This document shows positions 35,788-46,101 of a stretch of DNA of 64,000 nucleotides, piece by piece. Source of the DNA: Candidatus Eiseniibacteriota bacterium. GTDB taxonomy: Bacteria > Orphanbacterota > Orphanbacteria > Orphanbacterales > Orphanbacteraceae. Positions within the stretch are counted from its first letter, which is position 1, and each line of letters begins with the position of its first letter. The notes under the pieces are model-generated. The model was not told the origin of the DNA. It did not search any database and saw only the letters and a list, made by a program, of their open reading frames with translations. The DNA is taken from contig JBDROZ010000025.1 of the NCBI GenBank assembly GCA_043809585.1, positions 1 to 64,000 of the forward strand, read 5' to 3'. The position numbers and the translations under genes are program-made.

Positions 35788-38208
35788 CTATCGGCTTTCG
35801 GAGCCGCGGCGCAAGAAGATAAACCGGCGGAAGAAGAGAAGAAGCGCCGCAATCAGAAGAGAGACCTGGGTGATCGCGGCGCCCGTCCGGAAAGAGCGCG
35901 GATCGTAACGGAACTCCACGCGATGCACGCCCGGGGGCACCACGACGCCCCGAAAGATCCGGTTCGTCTTCAGGATCTCCGCCCTCTCGCCGTCGACGGT
36001 CGCCACCCACCCGGGGAAGTACGGGTCGCGGAGGAGAAGCAGCCGGCCCCGGGTCGCCGCGCAATCGACCACTACCCTCTCCGGCTCCCGGGAGACGATC
36101 TTCGCCTGGTCCTCGATCATCGACGAAGGATCGAGGGACGTTTCCCTCCCCCCGTGGGAATCGAGCCAGCCGCCTACGGTGGTTCCCGAAAGGACCGAGT
36201 CCTTCGAGAGGGCGGGGGGCTTTTCTTCGAAAACGGCGGCGTCTCTACCTCCGATCATCGCGAGCACCCTTTCCGCCTCTCTCCCATCGACGGCCCGCAC
36301 GACACGGCCCGCGAGAACCGCGCGGGATCCGGCCCGGAGGTTCTCGTAGATTTTCACGGGCCCGTCAAAGCGCAATTGGACGCCTGCGGTTCGAATCGTC
36401 TCCTGAGTGATGATCCAGCGGGCGCCGAGTTCGGCCAGCTGGCCCGACCCGAGGTCGGCGAGGGATTCGAGAGGATTGATCCTCCTCTCCCTGACCGACT
36501 CGGGCGCGAATGACTCGTAGTACTCCCGGTAGTCCCGGATGTTGAGCGCGTTGTAGCCGGCCACGTCCTCGATGCCGAACAGGCCGGGCAGGTTCGGCGG
36601 GAGGACCGGGTCCCGGTAGCGGACGATCCGCCCCTCCTTCGACCACTCCCGGAGGAGCCGGATCTCCTCCGTCTCCCGGGGGAGCTCCTCCCTTCCCACC
36701 GTCACGTGGCAGGGGCGGGAGACGAGGGCCGGGTCGAGCACGAGCATCCCACCGGCGAAGATCATGAGGACCGCCCTCCGGCGGAATCGCGCCGGAACGA
36801 GAAAGAGGGCCGCCGACCCGAAGAGAAAGACCGAAGCATGAAACGCGCGCGCGCCGTGAGGGGCGTCCGAAAGAGAGGAGACCGCGCCCGGCCCCGCAAG
36901 GAACGAAACGACCGACTCCCGCCCGAAGTAGAGTGCCGCCGTGGCGAGGCCGAGAAGGAACGCCGTGGCGATCGCCGTCCTCCCCCCCTTCCCTTCCCGC
37001 CAGCGGTCGAAGCCGAACGCGGCGACCGCCGTCAGCGCGAGGAGGGCGACGTGGACGATCCGGTCGACCCGCGCCCCTCCGGCGAGAGGAAGGGCGGAGA
37101 CGACGCGAAGGAGGGGCGTGCCGAGGAGAATCAGGGCGGCGACGATCCCGGAGAGGACGAGGAACCGCCCGGACCGGTCCCGCCACGCCCCGCCAAAGCC
37201 GGCGGCGGCGAAGACCAGGGCCCCGACGCCGACGTACGCGGCGGTGGAGAGGTAGGACTGCCAGTAGTGGGCGTCCCCCCGGAGCAGGAGATGAATCCAC
37301 GAGTCCCCGTCGAAGGGGGTGCCAAAGAAGTCGGGGGCGATCATGCGGACGAGCGCCGCCGGGTGCCAGGAAGAGGAGACCAGCGCCGGGTAGGCGAAAC
37401 GGACCCGGTCGGACCAGGCGGCGAGCTCGGCCGTCGGAAGGAGCTGGGCCGCGGCGATCCCGACGCCGAGGAGGAAGCCGGCGGTGATCTTCACGACCGG
37501 CCCGTTCCCGGCCTCCGCCCTGACCCCCCACCACCGGTGGAGCGCCCACGCCCCGGCGAGAAGGCTCGACCAGATCAGGATCGGCGGGAAACCGGCGAGG
37601 ATCGCCCCGGCGTAGACGAGTCCGAAAAGCGCGAGGCTCCCCTTCCCCTCCGCCGTCCGCCCCGCGACGTGCGCGAGGAGGGGGAGCCACGCGGCAGCGG
37701 CGAGCATGGTCGGCTGGCCGGTCCGGACCGCGAGGGCGCCCCCCGTCGCGTAGAGAAGGCCTCCCACGAGGCCCCCCCCCAGGGAGCGCCCCATCCCACG
37801 GAACAAGAGCGCCCCCCCCCACCCCGCGAGCACAAGGTGGAGCCAGACGAAGATCCCCATCTGCCGCGCCGGAGAGAAGGGGAGCAGCGCGAGGTTCACG
37901 GGATAGAAAACGCCGGACTGGAAATTCGCGAGGAAGGGCTGGCCGCAGAAGGAGGTCGGGTCCCAGAGGGGCACCCGCCCCGCCCGGAGCGCCTCGGTGG
38001 CGAGAACGCGCCTCGGATAGTAGGAACGGATGCAGTCGGCGTTGAAGGAGGGCTCCCCGGGCGACTCCGGGCCCCACGGCGCGTACCGGTCCGCCCGGAA
38101 GGTGATCAGGTACCGGCCCGGCGCGAGGTCCATGGAGAAGAGGGCGAGAAGGGCGAGGGGCACCGTGAACAAGAGGAGGAACGTTCGCCTGGAGGCGGTC
38201 CCGTTCAT
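35788..38208 (-). CDS. YfhO-family GT-C membrane protein (paralog)
   Basis: Start MNGTAS (ATGA overlap with GT2); DCIRSYYPRR...PLWDPTSFCGQPFLANFQSGVFYP; YFPGWVATVDG...FRGVVVPPGVHRVEFRY. Confidence 0.87.
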   Translation of the reverse strand: MNGTASRRTFLLLFTVPLALLALFSMDLAPGRYLITFRADRYAPWGPESPGEPSFNADCIRSYYPRRVLATEALRAGRVPLWDPTSFCGQPFLANFQSGVFYPVNLALLPFSPARQMGIFVWLHLVLAGWGGALLFRGMGRSLGGGLVGGLLYATGGALAVRTGQPTMLAAAAWLPLLAHVAGRTAEGKGSLALFGLVYAGAILAGFPPILIWSSLLAGAWALHRWWGVRAEAGNGPVVKITAGFLLGVGIAAAQLLPTAELAAWSDRVRFAYPALVSSSWHPAALVRMIAPDFFGTPFDGDSWIHLLLRGDAHYWQSYLSTAAYVGVGALVFAAAGFGGAWRDRSGRFLVLSGIVAALILLGTPLLRVVSALPLAGGARVDRIVHVALLALTAVAAFGFDRWREGKGGRTAIATAFLLGLATAALYFGRESVVSFLAGPGAVSSLSDAPHGARAFHASVFLFGSAALFLVPARFRRRAVLMIFAGGMLVLDPALVSRPCHVTVGREELPRETEEIRLLREWSKEGRIVRYRDPVLPPNLPGLFGIEDVAGYNALNIRDYREYYESFAPESVRERRINPLESLADLGSGQLAELGARWIITQETIRTAGVQLRFDGPVKIYENLRAGSRAVLAGRVVRAVDGREAERVLAMIGGRDAAVFEEKPPALSKDSVLSGTTVGGWLDSHGGRETSLDPSSMIEDQAKIVSREPERVVVDCAATRGRLLLLRDPYFPGWVATVDGERAEILKTNRIFRGVVVPPGVHRVEFRYDPRSFRTGAAITQVSLLIAALLLFFRRFIFLRRGSESR

Positions 38209-38930
38209 GGGCGGCGAGGGTCTCCCGTGCCGCCGGAGCGGAAGTAGATCTTGATCCACATGTCCACGAGTTCCCGGATCGTGGAGAACACGTGGCTCGG
38301 CCGGACCGTCGAACTGCCCGCCTTCCGCGGGTAGTGGCGGACGCCGATCTCGGTCACCTTGAGGCCGTGCTTCCGCGCCTTGGCGAGAATCTCCGTGTCG
38401 ATGAAGAACTTCTTCGACTCGATGCGGATGACGTCGAACACCTCGCGACGGAACAGCTTGAACGCGCAGTCGATGTCCCGGACCCGGATGCGGAAGAGCG
38501 TCCGGGCGACCAGGTTGTACCCCCATGCGAGGAAGAGGCGCGAGAGCGGGTCGAAGCGGTAGATGCGGAAGCCCACGACCATGTCGTAGTCCTCGATCGC
38601 CCGGAGGAAGTTCTTCAGTTCCTTCAGGTCGAACTGGTTGTCCGAGTCGGAGTAGAAGATGTACTTCTTCGCGGCGCCGTCGAAGCCCGTCTTGAGGGCC
38701 TGGGCATACCCCTTGTTCTTCTCGTGCTTGAGAAGGCGGATGCGGGGCTCCGCGGCGGCGAGGGCTTCCACTCTGGCCGCCGTGGAGTCCAGGCTCCCGT
38801 CGTCGACGAAGAGGACTTCCCAGTCGGGGACGCCGGCGAGTTCCACCGCCTCGATCGCGCGGCGGGCCGCTTCGTCGACGTTCTCCTCCTCGTTGTACGC
38901 GGGGAAGACGATGCTGATCTCTTCGACCAT
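38205..38930 (-). CDS. GT2 polyprenol-phosphate glycosyltransferase (DPM1/ArnC-like)
   Basis: SIVFPAYNEE, VDDGS.D.T, NKGYAQA, DSDNQF, DIDCAFKLFRR, R..G.S; soluble, about 241 aa. Confidence 0.9.
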   Translation of the reverse strand: MVEEISIVFPAYNEEENVDEAARRAIEAVELAGVPDWEVLFVDDGSLDSTAARVEALAAAEPRIRLLKHEKNKGYAQALKTGFDGAAKKYIFYSDSDNQFDLKELKNFLRAIEDYDMVVGFRIYRFDPLSRLFLAWGYNLVARTLFRIRVRDIDCAFKLFRREVFDVIRIESKKFFIDTEILAKARKHGLKVTEIGVRHYPRKAGSSTVRPSHVFSTIRELVDMWIKIYFRSGGTGDPRRP

Positions 38931-38981
38931 CGCGGCGCTCCGGCCCGTTCCTCGTACGGGAGGGCGGGCCATCCGGTTGGA

Positions 38982-41072
38982 TTACGTCTTCTCCCCCTCG
39001 AGGACCACTTTAGAGAGATCGGCCAATCGGAGGAATAGCTGAGAGACGCCACGGAGGAGGGCAATCCGGTTCGCCCGGACCTTCTGGTCCTTGTCCATGA
39101 CGAGCACTTTTTCGAAGAAACGGTCGATCGGGTCCCGGAGGGTCAGGAGCCTCTCCATCGCCTCCCGGTACTCCGCCCTCTCGAGGGAACCCTCGTAGGG
39201 GGCCCGGAGACTCTCGGCCGCTTCGAAGAGGGCCTTCTCCTCGTCCTCTCGGAAGAGGGACGGATCGGGAGCGCCCGTCTCTCCGGTCCCTTTCAGGATG
39301 TTCACCACCCGCTTGAATCCGAGCACCAGCTTCACGAAGGACTCGCTCTCCCGAAAGTCCTGGATCGCGAGGGCCCGGCGCTCCACGTCGGCGGGCCGGT
39401 CGAAACCGGTCTCGAGCACCCCCTCGACCACGTCGTAGGGGAGCCCCTTCTCGACGAGCATATTGCGGAGCCGCCCCCGGAAGAGCGCGAGCGCGGTCTC
39501 GATCGTCTTCGGGGGATCGTTCAGGCGATCCCCGTACGACTCCGCCCCGATCTCCAGGAGCCGGCGGAGGGGGAGGGCGGTCCTCTCTTCGGCGAGAATG
39601 CGGAGCACCCCGATCGCCTGGCGGCGGAGGCCGTAAGGGTCCTGAGAGCCTGTCGGCGCGAACCCGGCGGCGAGGCAACCGAGAATGTTGTCGGTCCGGT
39701 CGGCGAGGGAAAGGACGAGGCCCCCGTCGGTCGCCGGCAGTTCGTCCCCCGCGAAGCGCGGAAGGTACTGTTCCCGGATCGCCCGGGCCACATCCTCCGG
39801 CTCCCCCGCGGCGAGGGCGTATTCCATGCCCATGTACCCCTGGAGGGCGGTGAACTCCTTCCCGTCCTTGATCATCTCCGACGTCAGGTCGGTCTTGGAG
39901 AGAAGGGCGGCCCGTACGGCCGTCTCCTTCGCCGACGGAGCCGCCTCGGCGGCGATCTTCCCGGCGAGCGTCTCGAGGCGCCTCGTCTTCTCGAGGAGCG
40001 ATCCCATTCCCTCCTGCCAGACCATCCGGCCGAGACTCTCGACCCGGTCCGAGGGGGAAAGGGCCCGGTCCTCGTTCCAGTAGAACTCGGCGTCCGAAAG
40101 CCGCGCGGCGAGCACCCGTTCGTTCCCTTCCCGGACGCCCGACTCGTCGCCGGCGACGCCGTTCGCGAGCGTGACGAACCGGGCTTGGAGCGCGCCGTCC
40201 TCACCGGCGACGGCGAAGTAGCGCTGATGGGAGCGCATGGCTGTGGTCACCACCTTCTCGGGCAGATCGAGGAAACGCTCGTCGAAACGGCCCGCGATGC
40301 CGCGGGGCATCTCGACGAGATAAGCCACCTCGGCGAGGAGACCCGGATCGGCGATGACTCGGCCGCCGGTCCCGGCGAGCACCCGGCCGATCTCGGCTTC
40401 GATCTTCGCGCGGCGCTCCTCTTCGGAGACGATGACGCCCCCCTTCCGAAGGGCCTCTTCGTACGATTCCGGGCTTTCGATCGTCACCGGCTCCGGATGG
40501 AGCACCCGGTGCCCCCGGCTCATCCGGCCGGAGGAGACGCCCGCGATCTCCACGGGGACCACGCCCTCGCCGTGAAGGGCGACGATCCACTCGATCGGGC
40601 GGGCGAAGAGGAAACCGGTCGATTCCCATCGCATGGTCTTCGGGAACGGCAGGGAGGCCACGATCTCGGGTATTAGGTCGCCGAGGAGATCGGCCAGGGG
40701 CCGCCCCCGGTCCGTCACCGTCACGGCGATATACTCCCCCTTCTCGGTCTCGACCTTCCGGAGGTCCTCCACGGCCACGCCGTTCGTCTTCGCGAAGCCG
40801 AGGGCCGCCTTGGTCGGGTTCCCGCTCTCGTCGAAGGCGATCCGCGCCGGCGGCCCGGTCACTTCCCGCTCGGCGTCGGGCTGCATCTCCTCCACGTCCG
40901 AGATCCGGAGGGCCAGCCGCCGGGGCGTGGCGAAAGTCTCGACCGCACCGTGGGCGACGCGCCCTTCGGAGAGCCGCCTGGCAAGCGTCTCGGCGAAGGC
41001 CCGGAGCGCGGGCGGCACGTACCCGGCCGGGATCTCCTCGGTGCCGATCTCGATCAGGAGGTGCTTCGTCAC
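38982..41072 (-). CDS. glyS: Glycine--tRNA ligase beta subunit
   Basis: [65 protein letters not shown] start overlaps the glyQ stop. Confidence 0.97.
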   Translation of the reverse strand: MTKHLLIEIGTEEIPAGYVPPALRAFAETLARRLSEGRVAHGAVETFATPRRLALRISDVEEMQPDAEREVTGPPARIAFDESGNPTKAALGFAKTNGVAVEDLRKVETEKGEYIAVTVTDRGRPLADLLGDLIPEIVASLPFPKTMRWESTGFLFARPIEWIVALHGEGVVPVEIAGVSSGRMSRGHRVLHPEPVTIESPESYEEALRKGGVIVSEEERRAKIEAEIGRVLAGTGGRVIADPGLLAEVAYLVEMPRGIAGRFDERFLDLPEKVVTTAMRSHQRYFAVAGEDGALQARFVTLANGVAGDESGVREGNERVLAARLSDAEFYWNEDRALSPSDRVESLGRMVWQEGMGSLLEKTRRLETLAGKIAAEAAPSAKETAVRAALLSKTDLTSEMIKDGKEFTALQGYMGMEYALAAGEPEDVARAIREQYLPRFAGDELPATDGGLVLSLADRTDNILGCLAAGFAPTGSQDPYGLRRQAIGVLRILAEERTALPLRRLLEIGAESYGDRLNDPPKTIETALALFRGRLRNMLVEKGLPYDVVEGVLETGFDRPADVERRALAIQDFRESESFVKLVLGFKRVVNILKGTGETGAPDPSLFREDEEKALFEAAESLRAPYEGSLERAEYREAMERLLTLRDPIDRFFEKVLVMDKDQKVRANRIALLRGVSQLFLRLADLSKVVLEGEKT

Positions 41073-41950
41073 GGCTTCGCCCCTCCCGGGACCAGCGGGA
41101 ACCCGAGGGCCTGACGCTTCTCGATGTATCCGAGGGCGGCCCGGCGGGCTATCTTCCGGATGCGCCCGATGTACCCGGTCCGTTCGGTCACGCTGATCGC
41201 CCCCCGCGCTTCGAGCAGATTGAACACGTGGGAGCACTTCACGATGCAGTCGTACCCCGGGAAGATGTGTCCGAGCTCCAGGAGGCGGGCCGCCTCCTTC
41301 TCGTAGAATCGGAAGAGCTCGAAGTGGAAGTCCACGTCCGCCTCTTTGTAGTTGATGTGGCACCACTCGACTTCGGGCTCCCTCATCACGTCGCCCCAGG
41401 TGAGGGAATCGTTCCACCGGATGTCGAAGATCGAGTCGACGCCCTGGATGAACATGGCGAGCCGCTCGAGGCCGTAGGTCAGCTCCACCGAGATCGGGTC
41501 GAGGTCGAGGCTCCCGGTCTGCTGGAAGTAAGTGAACTGGGTGACCTCCATGCCGTCGAGCCACACTTCCCAGCCGAGGCCCCACGCCCCGAGGGTGGGC
41601 GATTCCCAGTCGTCCTCGACGAAGCGGAGGTCGTGACGGGCGAGGTCGATGCCGATGGCCCGGAGCGACTCGAGATAGACCTCCTGGGCGCCCCGGGGCG
41701 TGGGTTTCAATACGACCTGGTACTGATGGAATCCCTGGACCCGGTTCGGGTTCTCCCCGTAGCGCCCGTCCTTCGGCCGCTTCGAGAACTCGACGTAGGC
41801 CGTCTTCCACGGCTCCGGGCCGAGCACCCGGAGAAACGTGGAGGGGTTGAACGTCCCGGCGCCCACCTCCGAATTGTAGGGGGTCGCGATGACGCACCCC
41901 TTCTCCGACCAGAAACGATCGAGGGCCATCACGATTTCCTGGAAGGTCAC
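41069..41950 (-). CDS. glyQ: Glycine--tRNA ligase alpha subunit
   Basis: [67 protein letters not shown]. Confidence 0.98.
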   Translation of the reverse strand: MTFQEIVMALDRFWSEKGCVIATPYNSEVGAGTFNPSTFLRVLGPEPWKTAYVEFSKRPKDGRYGENPNRVQGFHQYQVVLKPTPRGAQEVYLESLRAIGIDLARHDLRFVEDDWESPTLGAWGLGWEVWLDGMEVTQFTYFQQTGSLDLDPISVELTYGLERLAMFIQGVDSIFDIRWNDSLTWGDVMREPEVEWCHINYKEADVDFHFELFRFYEKEAARLLELGHIFPGYDCIVKCSHVFNLLEARGAISVTERTGYIGRIRKIARRAALGYIEKRQALGFPLVPGGAKP

Positions 41951-42708
41951 GGTCTCCTCCTGCCGCCGTCCGTGCGGAGCAAATCGAGGGAGCGGAACGG
42001 CGCCCGACCCAGCCCGTGCTCCACGAAAAACCGGCGGAGCCCCTCCCTCCCCTCGGCGGTCTCCCGGGGCGTGAGGGGGGCCGCGGGCGCTCCCCCCTTC
42101 GAGAGACGGCGAAGGGCGTCCAAGGCCCCCGCCGAGAGCAGAAGCCCCCCCTCTCCGTGGGCCGGACAGAGAACGCCGCCGTCCCGGGGATCGAAGCGGG
42201 CCCCTTTCTCCATGGGAGAGGACTTCCCGCATCGAAGGCAGCGCTCCAGCTCCGGCCGGTAGCCGGCGTCCGCGAGCGCGGATAGCAGGAAGCCCCAGAG
42301 CGCCGGCTCGAGACCCCACGTCTCCGCCGTCTCGACCGCTTCGAAAGCGTCCACGGCGAGATCGAAGAGCCGGCCGGCGGGCGTCTCTTCCCGCTTCAAG
42401 CCGGCGAGGGTCCCGATTATGGCATAGCCGTAGGCGAGCCGCAACAGACTCTCCCGGAGCCCCCCGAAGGAGCGGACCACGTCGGCCTGGGAAAGGAGGT
42501 AGAGGTCCCGGTTCTCCTTCCGGTAGTAGACTGCGTGGATCCGATTCGACGGCTCCAGGACGCCGGCGAAGCGGCTTCGCCCCTTCCGGGCCCCCTTGGC
42601 GATCACTTTCACCGGGCCCCGGCGCCGGGTGAAGAGGGTCGCGATCAGGCTCGTCTCGCCGAACCGGATGCGGCCGAGCACGATCGCGTCGTCCCGCTCG
42701 ATCGCCAT
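41947..42708 (-). CDS. recO: DNA repair protein RecO
   Basis: AIVL....GETSLI..LFT...G...[16 protein letters not shown]...GG.LC..H zinc motif; conserved position upstream of glyQS. Confidence 0.93.
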   Translation of the reverse strand: MAIERDDAIVLGRIRFGETSLIATLFTRRRGPVKVIAKGARKGRSRFAGVLEPSNRIHAVYYRKENRDLYLLSQADVVRSFGGLRESLLRLAYGYAIIGTLAGLKREETPAGRLFDLAVDAFEAVETAETWGLEPALWGFLLSALADAGYRPELERCLRCGKSSPMEKGARFDPRDGGVLCPAHGEGGLLLSAGALDALRRLSKGGAPAAPLTPRETAEGREGLRRFFVEHGLGRAPFRSLDLLRTDGGRRRP

Positions 42709-42714
42709 GGGGCT

Positions 42715-44064
42715 TTACATCCGCCCGAGGAGAAGGGCAGCGACGAGGAAATAGATGAGAAGATTCAGGAGGTCGTTCGACGTGGTGACGAAGGGCCCCG
42801 TGGCGAGGGCCGGATCGAATCCGAGCCGCATAAACGCCATGGGAAAGACGGTGCCCGCCGTGGCGGCCACGAGGATCGAGGCGAACATGGAGATCCCGAC
42901 GATGATGCCGAGATCGGCCTCCCCCTTCCAGGCCAGCGCGAGCAACCCGAGAATGGTCGCGAGAATCACGCCGTTCAACGCGGCGATCAGGAACTCCCGG
43001 AGGAGTCGCCGCCCCATGTGGTGTGATTCGATCTCGTCGAGGGCGAGGGAACGGACCACGATGGAGGAACACTGGATGCCCACGTTCCCCCCCATGGCCA
43101 TGATGACGGGAACGAAAAAGGCGAGGGCGATTTTGGCCTCCAGCTGCCCCTCGAACTGGCTGATCATGAGGGCCGAGCCGACGCCGCCCAGAAGCCCGAT
43201 CATGAGCCAGGGGAGGCGGATCAAGGAGATCCGGAAGACCGATGTCTGGCCGATCTCCACGTCCGTGGTGCCGGCCATGCGGGAGATGTCCTCCGTTGCC
43301 TCTTCTTCCATCACATCGAGAACATCGTCGATGGTGATGCGCCCGACGAGGACGCCGCCGTCGTCGACCACGGGGACCTCGAGAAGGTCGTACCGGCGCG
43401 CGACGCCCGCCACCTCCTCCTGGTCCATGTCCACGGGCACGCTGATGACGTCCCGCTCCACGAACCGGTCGACCGAAGCGCCGGGCTTCGAGATCGCCAC
43501 GCGCCAGAGGGGAAGAATGCCGGTCAGACGCCCGCCCTCGTCGACGACGTAGACGTGCTGCACCTGCTCCACCACCTCGGCCCGCTCCCGGAGCACGCCC
43601 ACCGCTTCCTCCACGGTGGCGTGCTCCTGGACCGCCACGAACTCGCTCTCCATGATCCCGCCGGCGCTCTCCTCGGGATGCTCGAGCAGCTTCTGGATGC
43701 TCTCCTGGTCCTCCTCCTCGAGGAGCGCCATGACCCGGTCCGCGTCCTCGTCGGTGAGCTGGCCGACGATGTCTGCCGCGTCGTCCGTGGGGAGTTCGTC
43801 CACGGCCCGAGAGATTTCCTCGTCCGAGAGGCGGGCGAGGAGCACGGTCAGGGTGGTGTCGTCGACCCGGGAAAGGACCTCCGGCCGCCGGTCCTTCGAG
43901 AGGGTGAGAAAGAGGTCGCACTTGTGGTCTTCGTCGGCGAAGTCGATGACCTCCGCCACGTCCCCCGGGTGGGCCTCGGCGAGGAGGGCGGCCGCGCCGC
44001 GCATGTCCTTCGCATCGAGGAGCTCTTCGACCTTTTGGAAGAGAACGGGAAGGGCGTTATCCAT
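42715..44064 (-). CDS. mgtE: Magnesium transporter MgtE
   Basis: DDAAD, SAGGIM, CBS pair, [37 protein letters not shown]. Confidence 0.96.
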   Translation of the reverse strand: MDNALPVLFQKVEELLDAKDMRGAAALLAEAHPGDVAEVIDFADEDHKCDLFLTLSKDRRPEVLSRVDDTTLTVLLARLSDEEISRAVDELPTDDAADIVGQLTDEDADRVMALLEEEDQESIQKLLEHPEESAGGIMESEFVAVQEHATVEEAVGVLRERAEVVEQVQHVYVVDEGGRLTGILPLWRVAISKPGASVDRFVERDVISVPVDMDQEEVAGVARRYDLLEVPVVDDGGVLVGRITIDDVLDVMEEEATEDISRMAGTTDVEIGQTSVFRISLIRLPWLMIGLLGGVGSALMISQFEGQLEAKIALAFFVPVIMAMGGNVGIQCSSIVVRSLALDEIESHHMGRRLLREFLIAALNGVILATILGLLALAWKGEADLGIIVGISMFASILVAATAGTVFPMAFMRLGFDPALATGPFVTTSNDLLNLLIYFLVAALLLGRM

Positions 44065-44728
44065 CGCTCCCTCCTGTCCGCGCCTCCTCCATCGACTCGA
44101 CCTCCGCCGACGCGCGGAGCCGCTCGATCCACTCGTCGGGGACGACCGCGCCGCCGGAGATCACGAACTTCACCCCTTCCTCCACGGACATCGGGAGCGG
44201 GTGCATCTGGTCCCGGGGAACGAGGAGCAGGAAACCGGACGTCGGGTTGGGCGTGGTGGGTAGAAAGACGGCCATCATCTCCGCGCTTTCGGCGCCCGGC
44301 ACGACGGAAGGCATCCGGTTCGTGAGGAACGCCACCGCCCAGATCCCCTTCCGGGGGTACTCCACGGCGACCACGTCGCGGAAGAACTTCTCCTGCTCCC
44401 GGAAGATGACGGCGCTGATCTGCTTCACGCCGAGGTAGAGCTTGCTGACGATCGGGATCCGGTGGACGATGCGCTCGCCGGTGCCGATCAGCTTCCGCCC
44501 GATCAGGTTGGAGGCGAAGAGTCCGACGAAGAGGATCAGAAAGACGGTGGCCGCGAACCCGAGCCCCGGGATGGACCGTCCCGTGTAGCGGACGAAGAGG
44601 GGGCCGAGGTAACCGTCCACGGAGACGAACATCTTGAAGAGGAACCAGACGGTGACGAGAATGGGCAGGATGACGAGGAGTCCCGCGGCGAAGTAGTTCC
44701 GGAGCTTTCGGATCAATTCGCCTCCCAT
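44057..44728 (-). CDS. DUF502 (COV1-like) membrane protein
   Basis: YF.AGLLVILP..VT, IP.V..LY...KQ, VEYPR.G, VFLPTTPNPTSGFL, ISGG. Confidence 0.92.
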   Translation of the reverse strand: MGGELIRKLRNYFAAGLLVILPILVTVWFLFKMFVSVDGYLGPLFVRYTGRSIPGLGFAATVFLILFVGLFASNLIGRKLIGTGERIVHRIPIVSKLYLGVKQISAVIFREQEKFFRDVVAVEYPRKGIWAVAFLTNRMPSVVPGAESAEMMAVFLPTTPNPTSGFLLLVPRDQMHPLPMSVEEGVKFVISGGAVVPDEWIERLRASAEVESMEEARTGGSDG

Positions 44729-44784
44729 CGCCGACCTCTCTCGTCGAATGAACGGATCACCGGAGCGTTCCGGGGCGGCGGGGG

Positions 44785-46101
44785 CTACCGTTCTCCTCCC
44801 GTTCCTTTCCTCCCCTCGGAGATCTCGTCGGACGGGAGCCGGCGAATCCGGACCCGGGCGATGCGCTGCCGGTCCACCTTCTCCACTTTGAAAAGCAGAC
44901 CGCTTTCGGGGTCGGCAAAGGTCTCCCCCTCCACGGGCACCCGGTCGTTCAGATCGTAGAGATAGCCCCCGAGCGTGTCGTGCAGTTCCGCCGGAATGCT
45001 GATATTAAACCGCTCGTTCAGATCGTCAATAGGGATCTTGGCGTTGACGAGCGCCGAATCGGGTCCGGTCGACTCGAAGAGGACGTCCTCCCGGTCGTAT
45101 TCGTCCTGAATCTCGCCGACGATCTCCTCGAGCACGTCTTCCATGGTGATCAGCCCCGCCGTGCCGCCGTACTCGTCGACCACCACGGCGAGGTGGACCT
45201 TCTCCCGCTGGAACTCGCGGAGCAAATCGTCCACCCGCTTCCCCTCGGGCACGAAGAACGCCTCCCGCATGGCCGTCTCCACCGGGAGTTCCGGGTTGTC
45301 GAAGTACGGGGCGCGGAGAAGGTCCTTGGCGTACACGACGCCGACGATGTTGTCGATCTGCCCGTCGTACACGGGAATTCTCGAATGTCCCCGCTCGGTG
45401 ATCTTGGCGAGGGCCTCCCGCACCGGGCTCCGCCGCTCCACGGCCACCATGTCCACCCGGGGGATCATCACCTCCCGCACCGCCGTGTCGCCGAGTTCGA
45501 GGATCGAGTGGATCATCTCCCGCTCTTCCTCCTCGATCTCCCCCTTCTCCTCTCCCGCCTCCACCACGGCGATCACGTCCTCGGCGGTGAGATAGGGGAT
45601 GGCCCAACGGAACCCGAACAGCGTCGCCGTGCGCCGTAGAATGCCGACCAGGACCCGGAGGAAGGGCCCGCTGAGCAGGTCGAAGACGGTCATGATCGGT
45701 GCCGCGCGCAGCGCGACGTCCCTCGCATGGGTGATCCCGTAGGCCCGGGGGATCACCTCCGAGGGACCGACGATGACGATCAGGGCGACGGCGACGTGGA
45801 TCGCCAGGAGGAGAGCGGTGTGAATGCCGAGAACCGGCGCGAATCGGAGGGCGAGAACCGTCAGGAGCGTGACGGCGAGCGTCCGGAGCGTGACGTTCGT
45901 GAGTCGCAGGGAGAGGGTCAGCCGGCGAGGGTCATCGAGGAGGGCGAGCAGGCGCGTGGCCCGGGGGTCCTTCGCCTCCCGGAGCCCCATCCTCTCCGGT
46001 TTCGGGAGGTGGAAGAACGCGCTTTCCGCGGCGGTCAAAAAGGCGCTGACTCCGAACAGGGCGAGCGCCCCCACGACACCGATCAGATACAGCTGGATCA
46101 A
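44785..46101 (-). CDS. Hemolysin-family/CorC-TlyC protein (DUF21/CNNM + CBS pair + CorC domain)
   Basis: TTG start (TTGA overlap); SAF..AESAFF, SEVIPR, VREVMIPRVDM, HSRIPVY, VVDEYGGTAGLITMEDVLEEIVGEIQDEYD, DTLGG. Confidence 0.92.
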   Translation of the reverse strand: MIQLYLIGVVGALALFGVSAFLTAAESAFFHLPKPERMGLREAKDPRATRLLALLDDPRRLTLSLRLTNVTLRTLAVTLLTVLALRFAPVLGIHTALLLAIHVAVALIVIVGPSEVIPRAYGITHARDVALRAAPIMTVFDLLSGPFLRVLVGILRRTATLFGFRWAIPYLTAEDVIAVVEAGEEKGEIEEEEREMIHSILELGDTAVREVMIPRVDMVAVERRSPVREALAKITERGHSRIPVYDGQIDNIVGVVYAKDLLRAPYFDNPELPVETAMREAFFVPEGKRVDDLLREFQREKVHLAVVVDEYGGTAGLITMEDVLEEIVGEIQDEYDREDVLFESTGPDSALVNAKIPIDDLNERFNISIPAELHDTLGGYLYDLNDRVPVEGETFADPESGLLFKVEKVDRQRIARVRIRRLPSDEISEGRKGTGGER

